A program made the translations under genes and the position numbers. A DNA stretch of 64,000 nt from Lingula anatina (taxonomy: Eukaryota > Animalia > Brachiopoda): assembly GCA_051362555.1 (NCBI GenBank), contig CM120641.1, positions 4,588,001 to 4,652,000 of the forward strand, written 5' to 3'. Below the pieces are notes generated by a model. It was given only the letters and a program-made list of their open reading frames with translations. It did not search any database and was not told the DNA's origin. Numbering within the stretch: the stretch's first letter is position 1; every line of letters begins with the position of its first letter. Below are positions 37,158-48,868 of the stretch, piece after piece.

Positions 37158-37194
<37 letters not shown>
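37158..37194. repeat. (CA)n microsatellite
   Basis: Directly visible just downstream of the innexin 4 stop codon. Confidence 0.9.
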
Positions 37195-37198
<4 letters not shown>

Positions 37199-37950
37199 TG
37201 TTCTTCCACGAAGTATGCATTTGAAACTAAACTGCCTTATCGTGGAATGTACTAAGTTGTGTAAAGCTACTTGTTGCTTGTCACTGAGTTTGCTAACAAC
37301 TTAACTAATCATTGTTCTCAAACAATGAGAAATGTCAGTTAGTAAATACATCTGTATATTTTGATTACACGTATATTATGTATATTTTTATCTCGTCTGT
37401 CAATAAGCAAACAGTAATATCAGGTAGTGCATAGGAATATGTTTTTTGAATGTAGGTTATACACATGTAGTAGCCCAAGATTCCAGTAACATTTATAACT
37501 TTACAACCCGTCCACACTACTTTTACTTCTTTCTCTGAAAAATGATTCTAAAGTGTTTTCTGTTCATGAGCGAAGTCAAAATAAGCAAGATGCAAATGTA
37601 TACTTGATATTTCTTCGTTGCTTCCTTTCACACAAACGGCCGAACCACTCTCAAACCATTTAAAATTTTTTTCTACATAAATGTAACTTATGAAAATTAT
37701 AAGTAAACACCCTTGCTGTTTTTCAGCAATAGTGGGGTACCTTAATTATTTCAAAACTCTGTACCAGGGACTGGCTAGGTGATGACCCTATCTTTGTGCA
37801 AAACTTTCTCGCTGGGCAGTGCGGTAATTTGCACAGCCAGTGAATAACCAGAGAAATATCTGTGAATATATACTGAAAACAACACAGGGCAGTAGAATGT
37901 TTGTGCGCACCCTAGCGTAACCTCCGCTGTGTAGCGGTTAGCGCAGTAAG

Positions 37951-38092
37951 CAGGGCTCCGTAGCTCGAAAGCGTCGCGCATTGCGACCGAGAGCTAGCGT
38001 CTCGATTCCATACTTGTCCCATATATTACATTGTAGCCTCTATGTGATATCGCTATTCTCAATACGAGATGCTTTCCAGTTACGGAGCCCTG
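37951..38092. mobile_element. Small MITE (142 bp) with imperfect TIRs of about 33 bp and CAG termini (hAT-like)
   Basis: cagggctccgtagctcgaaagcgtcgcgcattg ... caatacgagatgctttccagttacggagccctg. No intact 8-bp TSD. Confidence 0.7.
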
Positions 38093-39029
38093 ATCAGCAA
38101 ATTTTATTTAGGGATAGGGTTGGTTCTCGAGCAAGATGAGGGAGGATCGGCAGACGTTAATTTTAGTAGTATTACCTAACAGTCTCTAGTATTGGTATTA
38201 ATGTTGTTTTAGTTAACCCATGCCTATGTGGGTAAAAAGACATTCAATATTCAGCGACTGTAGATATAGACATAGGCTATAGTAGATGTTATGCTAACGA
38301 AATCTATTTGAATAATGCCGATCGTACATTAATTTTTAATTTTTATTCCTAAATCATTACGAAAAAAGGGGAATACTAATGGTGAACTATTAAGCAAGGC
38401 CTTGGTTTTTGAAAGTTGTATTTCTTAACATATTTATATTGTTGAAGCTGGTCAAATAAAGAATCGCTTATTGTATTGTTGTAGTTGCTTATTTTTGTCA
38501 AATTTTCGTTACATCCCGATGATCTAAGATATTCACGAAAACCCACGAAACCTTGAAGAAGAAACACTTGAAAGGTGACAAAGCCAATCAGTGCCCTGTA
38601 CTTGATCCTATTTTGATAGAGAACATTGATAAGAGGAACACAAATATGACATAAAGGCCTGACATTACTGTAGAAATAGCGATGGTGTCTTATTTAATGT
38701 TTGATCAAACCATGGATTCGAGTAGATAACAAATACAAATTTTATATCCACATGTACAGACAGCAAATCAGTATCAACGCAGAGGGCAAAATTGTATAGA
38801 GCAGCAATAACATATGAGTTTTATTGGTAGGGGAGTAATGGTAGTCGTCTTTATCCGTTTTAGGGTATTCCTTTGAAAGAAAACGGATTACAGTGGTATC
38901 ATATATGTACGTTCGTTTTTGTTTAAATTCTAGGCGGTCCCTATGGGTGTTTAGAAATAAAACTGGATTACTCTTGATACCTGAGATATCATTACCCTCT
39001 TGTAGTGTCAGCACGTTAGATGTAAAAAA

Positions 39030-40002
39030 AGTCCCTGCATTCACAATAAGGGGGTCCTAAGCCGCCCATAAAGATAAGCCTAATCTTTATCTTTGCCAAC
39101 CCCAAAAAAACAATGATGAAATGAGACCAAGAACATTAAATCCCGTGGTGAAATGAAACTAAACATGAGGCACCATCACGAGGCTGACTTCCTTCACTGT
39201 AAGAGAATTTTGAACTAAACGACTTCCTTGTTTCGAATTACATTTAAGTTTTCTCTTTTCATAATCGTACATTTTCCTGTGAGAAAGCCGAAGGTATGTA
39301 AATGTAGACATTTGTAGAGTCTAAAGTTTCACGGTTTAATAGAATTGAATACTTTTAAAATACCTCAGATAGTGATCTCATTGATATAATAACAATAGAA
39401 ATAGCACCGATATCTTACCTGATGTTTTATCAAACAAAGCATAAGTGTTCATAACAAATTCATATTGTATCTATTGATATTAATTCAGTATTCAAACAGC
39501 AGTCAACAATGTTCATAGCAGCATTCACGTATGCATACTTTGTTGGTATGCGAGTAGGTGGGATCACCTTAAAAAGTTTTGGGGGTTTCCCTTTGACAAA
39601 CAACGCATTCCATCGGTGTTTCGACGGAAAATACGTTTGTCTATTTATATATTAGATTGTCTGCTATCTAAACGGTTGAATTAGTTTGTAGGTTGTATAT
39701 AATAATTGAGAAAGTATTAACTTACTTTACATATTAGAAGTCCCTGCATTCATAAAAAGTTGATCCTGGCCGTCGGTAGATATGCTACCTTCTTATGTGT
39801 GCCATCCCCAAAATAACAATGATGAAATAAGAATGTGAACCCCCCCTAAGTATGAGTCACCACCACGATGTTTTACTTTCTTGTTTTGGAAAGGGAAAGT
39901 TTACTTAGTTTGCTGAGCTCAGTGGGATTGTTGAACTGCCTTGTTTCGAATTAAAATTCGTGTTTTTTTCTAAGCTTACCCGTGTTATAGCTGGAGGTAT
40001 GT
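39030..40002 (+). promoter_or_regulatory. Two diverged copies (39030-39300, 39739-40002) of a putative promoter/5' exon module upstream of innexin 5
   Basis: Both copies contain agtccctgcattca, gcca.ccccaaaa.aacaatgatgaaat, caccac/caccatcacga and ccttgtttcgaatta, and both end in a donor ag|gtatgt (39294 and 39997). Confidence 0.6.
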
Positions 40003-40195
40003 TGTACATAAAGTAACTTGTGTTGAAATTTGGGCATTCTGGGAGAGTTTAAAGAGGACAGCTGCATGTTTAAATAGAACTAAATGCGTAATCCCTCATA
40101 TGGTGGATCAATTTCGTTTGGTTCTTTGTCATTAGAATTGAAGTAGTATAATTCAGAAATAAGAATGAAAACAATTTTCAAATCTCATTGCAGAG

Positions 40196-41452
40196 ATGCT
40201 GCCTTTTGAGGAAATCGTTGACGGAATACACAGGTTTTGGAAGAAAAACCGGAGAGCCTACGATTCTTACGATCGAGTTAACCACCGCTATACCGCGATG
40301 ATCCTCATGCTGTCAGCGGCGTTGCAATTGGTCCTGATAGTGACGTATATTGTATCGGACCCCGTCTCGTGCTGGGTACCGGCCACTTTCACGCACGAGC
40401 ATGCGGTCTATGCCAACCGCTACTGCTGGGTGAAGAACACATACTTTTTGCCATTTGAGGAACGTATTCCGTCGGCAGAACTTCCCCGGGCGCACATCGG
40501 TTATTACCAGTGGGTGCCTCATATTCTGCTGTTTCAAGCCGTATTGTTCTGCATTCCTGGATACCTCTGGCGGTTTCTTAGTAAAACTACTGGGATTGAC
40601 ATCCATATGATAGCACAAACCTTAAATACACAGGAGTGCCTAGACCCTCTAAAGAGGAACGCGGTTATAAAGCCTATTGCTCTACATCTGGCTGGGTGCT
40701 TTAGTTCCCGCAAAAGACGGACAAACTCTACGTGCCTCATGACTCCGTCAGAACGCCATCAAGAAAGCTGCGATTCAACCGAAACCGAGAGCCTTTCAAG
40801 GCAGAAAATCCAATCAACTGAGAAACCAAATAAGTGCCAGACATGTATGGCACAACACGGTCTTTGCCTGGGAAAGAAACATGGCACTTACCTTGTCCCA
40901 ATATTTTTCCTGTGCAAGATGCTCTTTCTTGGCAATTCAGTTGGCCAACTCTTCTTGCTGAATTATTTTCTTGGTACGACCTATTCCGTGTATGGTTTCA
41001 ACGTTATCAGTGATTTGATTGACGGCAAAGACTGGAGTGAAACAGGGCGATTTCCAAGAGTAACTCTTTGTGATTTCAAAATTCGTCAACTTGGAGGCAA
41101 CATTCACCGCCACACGGTTCAGTGTGTGCTGTACGCCAATCTTCTAAACGAAAACCTCTTCATATTCATCTGGTTCTGGTTGGTGTTTGTGTCATTCGTT
41201 AATGTTTTCGGAATCATTCTTTCACTGAGCGTTGTATTTCCCAGAGAACGGCTACGTTTTATAACAAGAAAATTGAAATTGACGAAGAAGATAGACGTAA
41301 CAGATAAAAGAGACCTGAGCACTTTTGTCCATAAGTATCTCAGTCTGGACGGCGTTTTTGTGCTTATGTTGATCGGGAGAAATAGCAATGATGTCGTTAT
41401 TTCAGAGCTAATTGCGGAGATGTGGGAACATTACAGAGAGGAGTGTAATTAA
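40196..41452 (+). CDS. inx: Innexin 5 (418 aa), divergent, with a lengthened cytoplasmic loop
   Basis: Shows DPVSCW, NRYCW, YYQWVP and GRFPRVTLCDFKIRQLGGNIHRHTVQC. Acceptor tctcattgcag|agATG. Confidence 0.95.
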   Translation: MLPFEEIVDGIHRFWKKNRRAYDSYDRVNHRYTAMILMLSAALQLVLIVTYIVSDPVSCWVPATFTHEHAVYANRYCWVKNTYFLPFEERIPSAELPRAHIGYYQWVPHILLFQAVLFCIPGYLWRFLSKTTGIDIHMIAQTLNTQECLDPLKRNAVIKPIALHLAGCFSSRKRRTNSTCLMTPSERHQESCDSTETESLSRQKIQSTEKPNKCQTCMAQHGLCLGKKHGTYLVPIFFLCKMLFLGNSVGQLFLLNYFLGTTYSVYGFNVISDLIDGKDWSETGRFPRVTLCDFKIRQLGGNIHRHTVQCVLYANLLNENLFIFIWFWLVFVSFVNVFGIILSLSVVFPRERLRFITRKLKLTKKIDVTDKRDLSTFVHKYLSLDGVFVLMLIGRNSNDVVISELIAEMWEHYREECN

Positions 41453-42151
41453 CTTTTTTCAGCTGAAGGTAGAAAGTAAAACGGAAGAGAGAAAAGGAGG
41501 GAAGGAGTGAAAAACGGAGGGAATATATCTGATATGTAGTGTTCTAGACACATATACTGATTGTTGTCACTAACTTTGCAATATAAATACGTAATAAGAG
41601 ATAGTGAATTAATGTCCGAAAATAGTCGAATTTTGTTTTAATTTTAAATGGAAAAGTAATTTCTTATAAGCGTGATACGTGTATCAGTAGCAAATTTAAT
41701 GACTAATAAAGGTGCATTTTCGAAGAAAAACCTCGTCATTTTCTATTCTTTGATATATGACAACTGGAAAATCCCTTAGTAGATATGTAACCGATAATCA
41801 CAATGTGAAGATGGAAGGTCATCGGGTATTTCTATGAAAGACGTGATAATCGTTGTTAGACGTACGTGATAGCATCAAATACTACATTGACAAGGTTTTA
41901 CTTTGAAAAGTTGAAGGTAAGAACTTGTTTACTGATTTTAGACCATTTTACAAATAATTTAGAAGGCTCGATGTCGATATTGTGTCAGACTACACCCGAA
42001 GGCTACCTTTATGCAAACTCATTAGGTGTGATATCTCTCTGCCACGCTTACATCATAGTCAGAGACTCATTACTTTTTATGCTGGGGGATCTTATGCACA
42101 GATGGTATATGATATCGTCCTACAAATTATATGTGTATGGTTGTTTTCAGA

Positions 42152-43306
42152 ATGATGGCAATCGTAGACTATATATGGAATTTTTGGAAAAATCTTCGAA
42201 GTGACGACGACTTCTTTGACCGGCTCAGTCACCGCTGGACGGCGCTTACTCTTCTGATATTTGCGTTAGTTGTCGCTGGCGAAGAGAGCATCATGAAGAA
42301 CGCCATCATCTGCTGGGTGCCTGGAGAGTTCGAAGATTCTCATAAGAATTATGTGGACAATTATTGTTGGATTCAAAACACGTATTATATTCCATTTAAT
42401 GAGCGTATACCTGACTCGAGTCTGCCACGCCAGCACGTGAGTTATTACCAATGGGTCCCGATTTTTCTTCTCATTCAGGCTCTTTTGTTCCATCTTCCAA
42501 GTGTATTTTGGCGATCGTTGGCACCTCGGACGGGGATTGACGTTCACATGATTGTTACCTCCATGAATGGGCTGCACTCAGTTAATCAGGAGGAAAGAAA
42601 GGCAGTAATAGCGTCCACCGCGGAGCACCTGTCACGATACTTTCGAATTAACCAGCGCAGACTGGACACTGCTCGTAATAAGTTTTTTGCAAAGAAATGG
42701 TGCGCATGTTTCTGTGATAGGCATAGTAATTATATCACCAGGGTCTATTTTTTCATTAAGTTTCTGTACGCTCTCAATGCGATCGGTCAATTCTTTTTGC
42801 TGAATGCCTTTCTTGGAAGCGCGTACCACCTCTACGGGTTTGACGTCATCTCTGACCTCACCAAGAACTTGGACTGGACATCGTCCGGAAGGTTTCCTAG
42901 GGTCACTTTATGCGACTTAAATATTCGTCGACTCGGTGGGAACATTCATCGGTACACTGTTCAATGTCTATTGCCCATCAATTTATTCAACGAAAAAATT
43001 TACATCTTCATCTGGTTTTTGTTGGTATTCGTATCAGCCGCTACAGTGTTTGGTTTCATGGTTTGGGCAAACCTGCTTTTCAAAAGTGATCGCAAGCAAT
43101 TCGTCAAAAAACAGTTAGAATTGACAGGAACAATAAACGAAGGCGATGCCGAAAATCTGAAACAATTTATTGATAAGTATCTTCGCTTAGATGGCGTGTT
43201 TGTGTTAAAACTAATTAGTCGGAACAATAATAGTTTTGCTGTCACAGACTTGACCAAAGCACTCTGGGAGAAATTCAAATTGGAAAAAACTATTAAGAGA
43301 ACATAA
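42152..43306 (+). CDS. inx: Innexin 6 (about 384 aa; start placed at the ATG after the acceptor at 42150)
   Basis: Shows SDDDFFDRLSH, IICW, NYCW, YYQWVP, GRFPRVTLCD and LPINLFNEKIY. Acceptor ttgttttcag|aATG, with a candidate donor ttgaag|gtaaga at 41917. Confidence 0.95.
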   Translation: MMAIVDYIWNFWKNLRSDDDFFDRLSHRWTALTLLIFALVVAGEESIMKNAIICWVPGEFEDSHKNYVDNYCWIQNTYYIPFNERIPDSSLPRQHVSYYQWVPIFLLIQALLFHLPSVFWRSLAPRTGIDVHMIVTSMNGLHSVNQEERKAVIASTAEHLSRYFRINQRRLDTARNKFFAKKWCACFCDRHSNYITRVYFFIKFLYALNAIGQFFLLNAFLGSAYHLYGFDVISDLTKNLDWTSSGRFPRVTLCDLNIRRLGGNIHRYTVQCLLPINLFNEKIYIFIWFLLVFVSAATVFGFMVWANLLFKSDRKQFVKKQLELTGTINEGDAENLKQFIDKYLRLDGVFVLKLISRNNNSFAVTDLTKALWEKFKLEKTIKRT

Positions 43307-43427
43307 TATGCCTTCTTAAAGCATAAAATAGACAATGTCATTCCATTTATACATCAATATCTTATCGCAAATTCCGTTTTTCAGTTAACCAGTAATCAAT
43401 AATAAAAAACTAAATCGTTATAGAATG

Positions 43428-43748
43428 ACTAGAAAAGCACTTCGAGAGCGCAGACCTCCGCCAAGGCAGCAATATTTTATTATTGATTATTTATTGATTA
43501 TTGATCCGGATCATTATCAAAAACTAATCGTCTCTTCCTTGGCCCACTTCTGACAGTTCCTAAAATTTCATCAAAAACGGTCCATAACCTTTTGAGTTAT
43601 GTTGATGACAGACAGACAAACAAACAGACATACAAACAGGGGTGAAAACATAACCTCCTTGGCGGAGGTGAAAATTTAGGGGTGAAACGGCATTGGGTGG
43701 AGACTGCTGCCTTGGCGGAGGTCTGCGCTCTCGGAGTGCTTTTCTAGT
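43428..43748. mobile_element. Helentron/DINE-1-like non-autonomous element plus an inverted partial copy
   Basis: It begins actagaaaagcacttcgagagcgcagacctccgccaaggc, contains an internal (CAGA/CAAA)n microsatellite and ends in the hairpin acctccttggcggaggt near 43669. Positions 43705-43748 are the reverse complement of the first 44 bp with one mismatch. Confidence 0.7.
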
Positions 43749-44283
43749 TTTATTTACATTTGGTTTTCTCCATATTAATAAAAGTGTCGGGGAATACTAC
43801 TTAAATAGAATTCAATTTTGGATTCTGAAAATAAGAATCGAAGAACACTTGTCTTTAAACTTTTAATGTCAAGCAAGAGATTCCCAATATTGCTGAAACA
43901 ATCTTTATTTAGGAGAGTTTATACAATGTGAGACATTACAAGGACATTGGATGCTATAATGTACCATGTCTGATATCGACAGTGGGACTAAACATGACAC
44001 ATGGTCAAGAGTCACCGTATTTATATCTGTGTATCTGTGTTATTTGCTCATACATTTCTAATGTAATTGTATTTCTCCCTCTCTTGAAAGTTTGAATCAC
44101 TCCTTTTGTGTAACATGAAATTGTTTCTATATGCCTCTCGCTTTTATGTTTATGGTAAATTTATAATTACACCAAGGTTTATCTCACCAATAATTTACCT
44201 AGTACATCTGTTCATTATATAAAAGATATATATTTATATTTTTTTCACTCACAAACAGGCACAGGCAACACAATTACCAACTA

Positions 44284-44529
44284 CACACATTGGACAATAG
44301 AAGTGTCACCCTTGACCCCCTGAATCAGAGTAATCAAAGTTATTAACCTGAAGAGGCGGAATATAAGCAATGTCAGAATATCGATACAGTTGAATTGTTC
44401 AGTCAGAACCGTTCCTTTTGTGAAATTTGACATGAATAAAATGATACCAGGAGTATATCATTCCACAGTTATTTATCTCCCCCAAAGTATTGGTTCAGTA
44501 GGGGTGACACTTCTATTGTCCAGCGTGTG
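44284..44529. mobile_element. Tc1/mariner-type MITE (246 bp), TA TSD
   Basis: TA|cacacattggacaatagaagtgtcaccc ... gggtgacacttctattgtccagcgtgtg|TA. Confidence 0.85.
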
Positions 44530-44989
44530 TAGAGAAATGGTAACACACCAATTGTATTGTCCTTAGTATATAATATTGTACAAGGTCATAATAATCTATG
44601 TACCACTACAGATATAAATTGAAAACTTGAAATTGAAAATTGATATCGTGTATTGTTCATGAAAGCTTTTTGTAAATAATGCAAATTAATGCAAATTGTA
44701 CATATTAAAAAGATTTGGCTCAATCATTGTAATACATAAGAAATATTTTACGACAGGAAGTTACATATATTATAAAATTCCGAACCAGCAGTTCTCCCTT
44801 TACCAGCCTCCAAAGCGCAGTGTGTGTGTGCGTGGGGGGGGGGGGGGGGGGGAGGGGTATATCTAATTATTTGACCTGAAAAGCCAACAAAAAGTACATG
44901 ATTAAAATCAAAGAGGGATAGAATTTTACTGAACGTGACATTTTCAACAAATTTTAAAACTTACATAAGTGATAAATCTGCTCAATTAT

Positions 44990-46642
44990 CTCATTGATGA
45001 TCTCATTGATATATTAGCAATAGAAATAGCGACGATATCTTACCTGATGTTTTATCAAACAATGCATAAGTGTTGATAACAAATTCGTATTGTATCTGCT
45101 GATATTAAATCAGTATTCTAACAGTAGTCAACAATGTATATAGCAGCATTTCAAAGTGAAATTGACGAAGAAGATAGGCGTAACAGATAAAGGAGACCTG
45201 AGCAATTTTGTCCATAAGTATCACAGTCTTTTGTGCTTATGTTAATCGGTAGAAATAGCAATGATGTCGTTATTTCAGAGCAAATTGCGGAGATGTGGGA
45301 ACATTACAAGACAGGAGTGTAATAAACTTTTTCAGCTAAAGGTAAAAATTAAGACGGAAGAGAGGAAGTGAGAAAAGGAGGGAAGAAGTGAAAAGCGGGA
45401 AAGCGGGGGAGGGGGGGTTGTATATCTGATATCTAGTCTACGTGACACATACTGATTGTTGTTACTAACTTAGCAACATAAATATGTACTAGGAGATAGT
45501 GAATTAATGCCCCAAGATGCTCTAATTCCATGCTAATTTTAAATGGAAAATAATTTCTTATAAGCGTGATACGTGTACATGTCTATCAGTACCAAATTAA
45601 TTGACTAATAAATGTGCATTTTCAAAGAAAAGACTCATCATCTTCTATTCTTTGATATATGACAACTGGAAAACCCCTCAAGTAGATATGTAACGGCCAA
45701 TCTCAATGTGAAGATGACAGGTCACAGGTATTTCTATGAAAGACGTGATAATCGTTGTTAGACGTACGTGATAGCATCAAATACTACATTGACAAGGTTT
45801 TACTTTGAAAAGTTGAAGGTAAGAACTTGTTTACTGATTTTGAACCATTTTACAAATAATTTAGAAGGCCTGAAACTTTTTTTAAGAAAACAAAATTTGA
45901 CTTTTTTAAAAGCATAAAATGAACAATGTTATTTTCATTTGTACATCATTTATACGTCATCCATGTAGACTGGGAGTCATTTATTTTATTTATATCGAAC
46001 ATTAGGTTTTCTCCATATTTATGAATGTGTCGGGGAATCCCACTTAAACAGAAGTCAATTTTGGATTCTGGAAATAAGAATAGAAGAACACTTGTTTTAA
46101 AACTTTTAATGCCAAGCAAGAGATTCCCAATATTGCTGAAACAATCTTTATTTAGGAGAGTTTATACAATGTGAGACATTACAAGGGCATTGCATGCTAT
46201 AATGTACCGTGTCTGATATCATATATTGTTCATGAATACTTTTTATCAAATAACTGTATTTATAAGCCGAACTTGTAAATAAAGCAAATTGTACATATTA
46301 AAAAGATTTGGCTAATTCATTGTGATACATAAGAAATATTTTACGACGGTAAGTTACATATGTTATAAAATTCCGAACAAGCAGTTGTTCCCTTTACCAG
46401 CATCCAAAGCGTGTGTGGGTGGGGGGGGGGGGGGGGTGTATATCTTAATATTTGACCAAAAAAGTCTAATTAACATCTTTTCTATATTAAATATGCAATA
46501 GGTTATAGCCAACAAAAAGTATCGTAACATGATTAAAATCAAAGAGGGATAGAATTTTACAGAATGTGACATCAAAATTACGTGGGAAAATCCGTTGTAT
46601 TTTTAACAAGTTTTAAAACTTATGTAAGTGATAAACCTGCTA
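44990..46642 (+). repeat. Internally deleted tandem duplicate of the innexin 5/6 unit (about 39375-44983)
   Basis: Colinear matching blocks: 45000-45150 to 39375-39525; 45157-45869 to 41274-41967; about 45900-45950 to 43312-43358; 46005-46220 to 43762-43977; about 46220-46642 to 44645-44983. Confidence 0.9.
45157..45326 (+). pseudogene. Innexin 5 3'-end pseudogene fragment
   Basis: It copies about 41275-41452 (tgaaattgacgaagaagata...gagtgtaat) with a 10-nt frameshifting deletion (ggacggcgtt). The rest of the CDS is missing. Confidence 0.88.
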
Positions 46643-47711
46643 TGCGAGGGACCGAGATCTCATCTGGTTACAAAAAATTAAAAGGATTCTGATAAAAAGC
46701 TTTGATGGTAAACAACAAGCGTTAGGTACACGTTATCCTGTTTTCAGCACGCACGGTTCATGTTATCCTGTTTTCAGCACGCACCGTCTCTTACCGTGAC
46801 CCCAAAGCTACAACAATGTTACACATATATCTAGAAGAGATAGCTAAATATATCTTCAGTGATTATGCTATCTCTCTAATGATCAAAGCATCACCAAATG
46901 ACAAACACACCAATTCCTAAAAAGTCCCGTCATAGCTGAGGAAATGAATGATTATTAGCTATCACAATGCAAATATACGTTGGTGTCTGTGAAATGCTAG
47001 TTTAACCACGCTGTATTCTTCCTCTGATAATGGAGCGTCTTCTTATTCAAGTATTTGTTCGTAGCTCGAAAATTTAGAAGAGGGAGGTAACCGTGTGAAA
47101 ACAGTATTCAAGATGCTCATTGGTACGCCTGACACACGGTTATCTAGTTCCTGGTACCTTTTTTTTCATTGGAAAGCCCAGACAAATTTGACCAAAATAT
47201 AAAACCAAAACTTGTTAGAAAAAACACTTCTTTTTGAAGTCCTTTTGATATCGTTACATCCGTTTATATACCTTTTTGAAGGGAATTCGATTTCAGATGC
47301 ATACTCAAAGAACTTTTTTCACAATACGCCTATTGGCGAGAGGCAGTCCGTTTATATTATAAAAGAACGGAAGGCTGATGAAATGAAGTATTTTATGAGT
47401 ATATTTTTGTAAACCATCAAGGGTTCTGTACCACCTGCAGTTCCAAATAATTTTTTGATGCATTATATTTCGACAATTAGTAAAACACGTTAATTTACAT
47501 ATGTTAACAGCACCCCTTTCCCCCCAACTCTGTGACGACTTGATTTTTCGTTTCAAACCTCTCCCCCCTTCCCTCATTCTTTAGCACTCTAATCAGCCCT
47601 AAAATTTTACGTAACATAGTGTGCAAATACCTCGAACCTAACCGCCCAACCTAGAAATTATCAGTGCTGTTGCCCCCTCATACAGCGTCGCTTGGGTAGG
47701 TGAGCCAATGC

Positions 47712-47960
47712 CTGGGTTCCCATTCCTAGATCGATCTTACGGGATCGGTCCATCTCCACGGGGTTTCTTGCTAAATTGCTTTCAGGTTAAGTGGCTTAAA
47801 TGTCTGGGACGCCTACTAAAGCTGCTAAGCGATATTAATTATACCCTATCAGAGTCAGTAGGCGTGACAGACGTCTAAACCGCTTAAGTTAATTGCAATT
47901 AAGCGAAAATCCCCTTGGAGTTCGATCTAAAGTTAGTACGATAGGGTCTGGGAATGGTCC
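47712..47960 (+). mobile_element. Palindromic MITE, copy A (second copy at 60075-60336 on the opposite strand)
   Basis: It matches the reverse complement of 60075-60336 along its length (ctgggttcccat..cctagatcgatct..gctaaattgctttcag..acgcctact..agtaggcgt..gttagtacgat.gggtctgggaatggtccc) and is internally self-complementary. Confidence 0.85.
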
Positions 47961-48868
47961 CACCAATCTGGGTCAGTTAACGCGCAACAGTTTACCTGCG
48001 TGATAAGGCCGTTCCCGTCCGAATTTAGCGTCACTGATCAGAGAAGAATCTAACTGTAAAATTAAAAACATCCGTCCAGGCAGCCCTCAGGTAAGACTAG
48101 TATTGTATTGATGACGAATGTACGGTGCAGTATTTTTTAGATTGTTTGTAAGTGTTTGTTGTGTATATGTTAATTACCTTAACATACGTGTTTGAAGATA
48201 AAGAAAAGTTGGCATACACCGACTTAGCATGGCTGATCAAGGTCCATGATGATTACTTCAACCCAAACGCTCTAGTGGTTTTATCTAGCTGAATGAGTCC
48301 TAGTAGTTAGAGAGGCATGTTAAATTTTCAGGAAATTTTTAGGAAAAGATTTATCTCAAAGGCGTTTTGTGGATTTAGTTTTTGGGGTGCACCACTTAGA
48401 AATAATACTCAGTGGCATTTTCACAAATAAAAAAGTCATTAATATTTAATTTGATGCTTTGACACTTGTGATGTGTGACTCACTCGACTCTGCAGAGAAT
48501 CAAATGAATTTCTTTTAGCCATTATATCTTTTAGCGGCTAAAAATTTGTCTGATAAGAATTTCAACTCATAATCTACCTTTCTATATTTTAAAGTGGAAT
48601 GTGAAATTTTACACAGGTGCAGTGAAAACAAATTAACTGTTTAGATTGACAGTTACAGTGGTATAAAACCGCTCTAATTTTAGGTCACCATTTTCTTAAT
48701 AAAAAAACCTTTCATTCTGCTTTTTTCGCTACGATTTAAATAATAGTTATTCTGATTGTCTTTGATTAAAAAAACGCGAATCTAGTAATAAAATGTAAAA
48801 CATTTCTCAATTAAAAGCATGCAATTAAGTTTAAATCAAATTAACCATTTTGCCCTTTTTTTTTCAGC

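Noticed and set aside
46732-46784. Two 23-bp direct repeats (gttatcctgttttcagcacgcac) as a CRISPR-like array
   Set aside because: There are only two copies with a 7-bp gap in eukaryotic DNA and no cas genes, so this is a simple local duplication.
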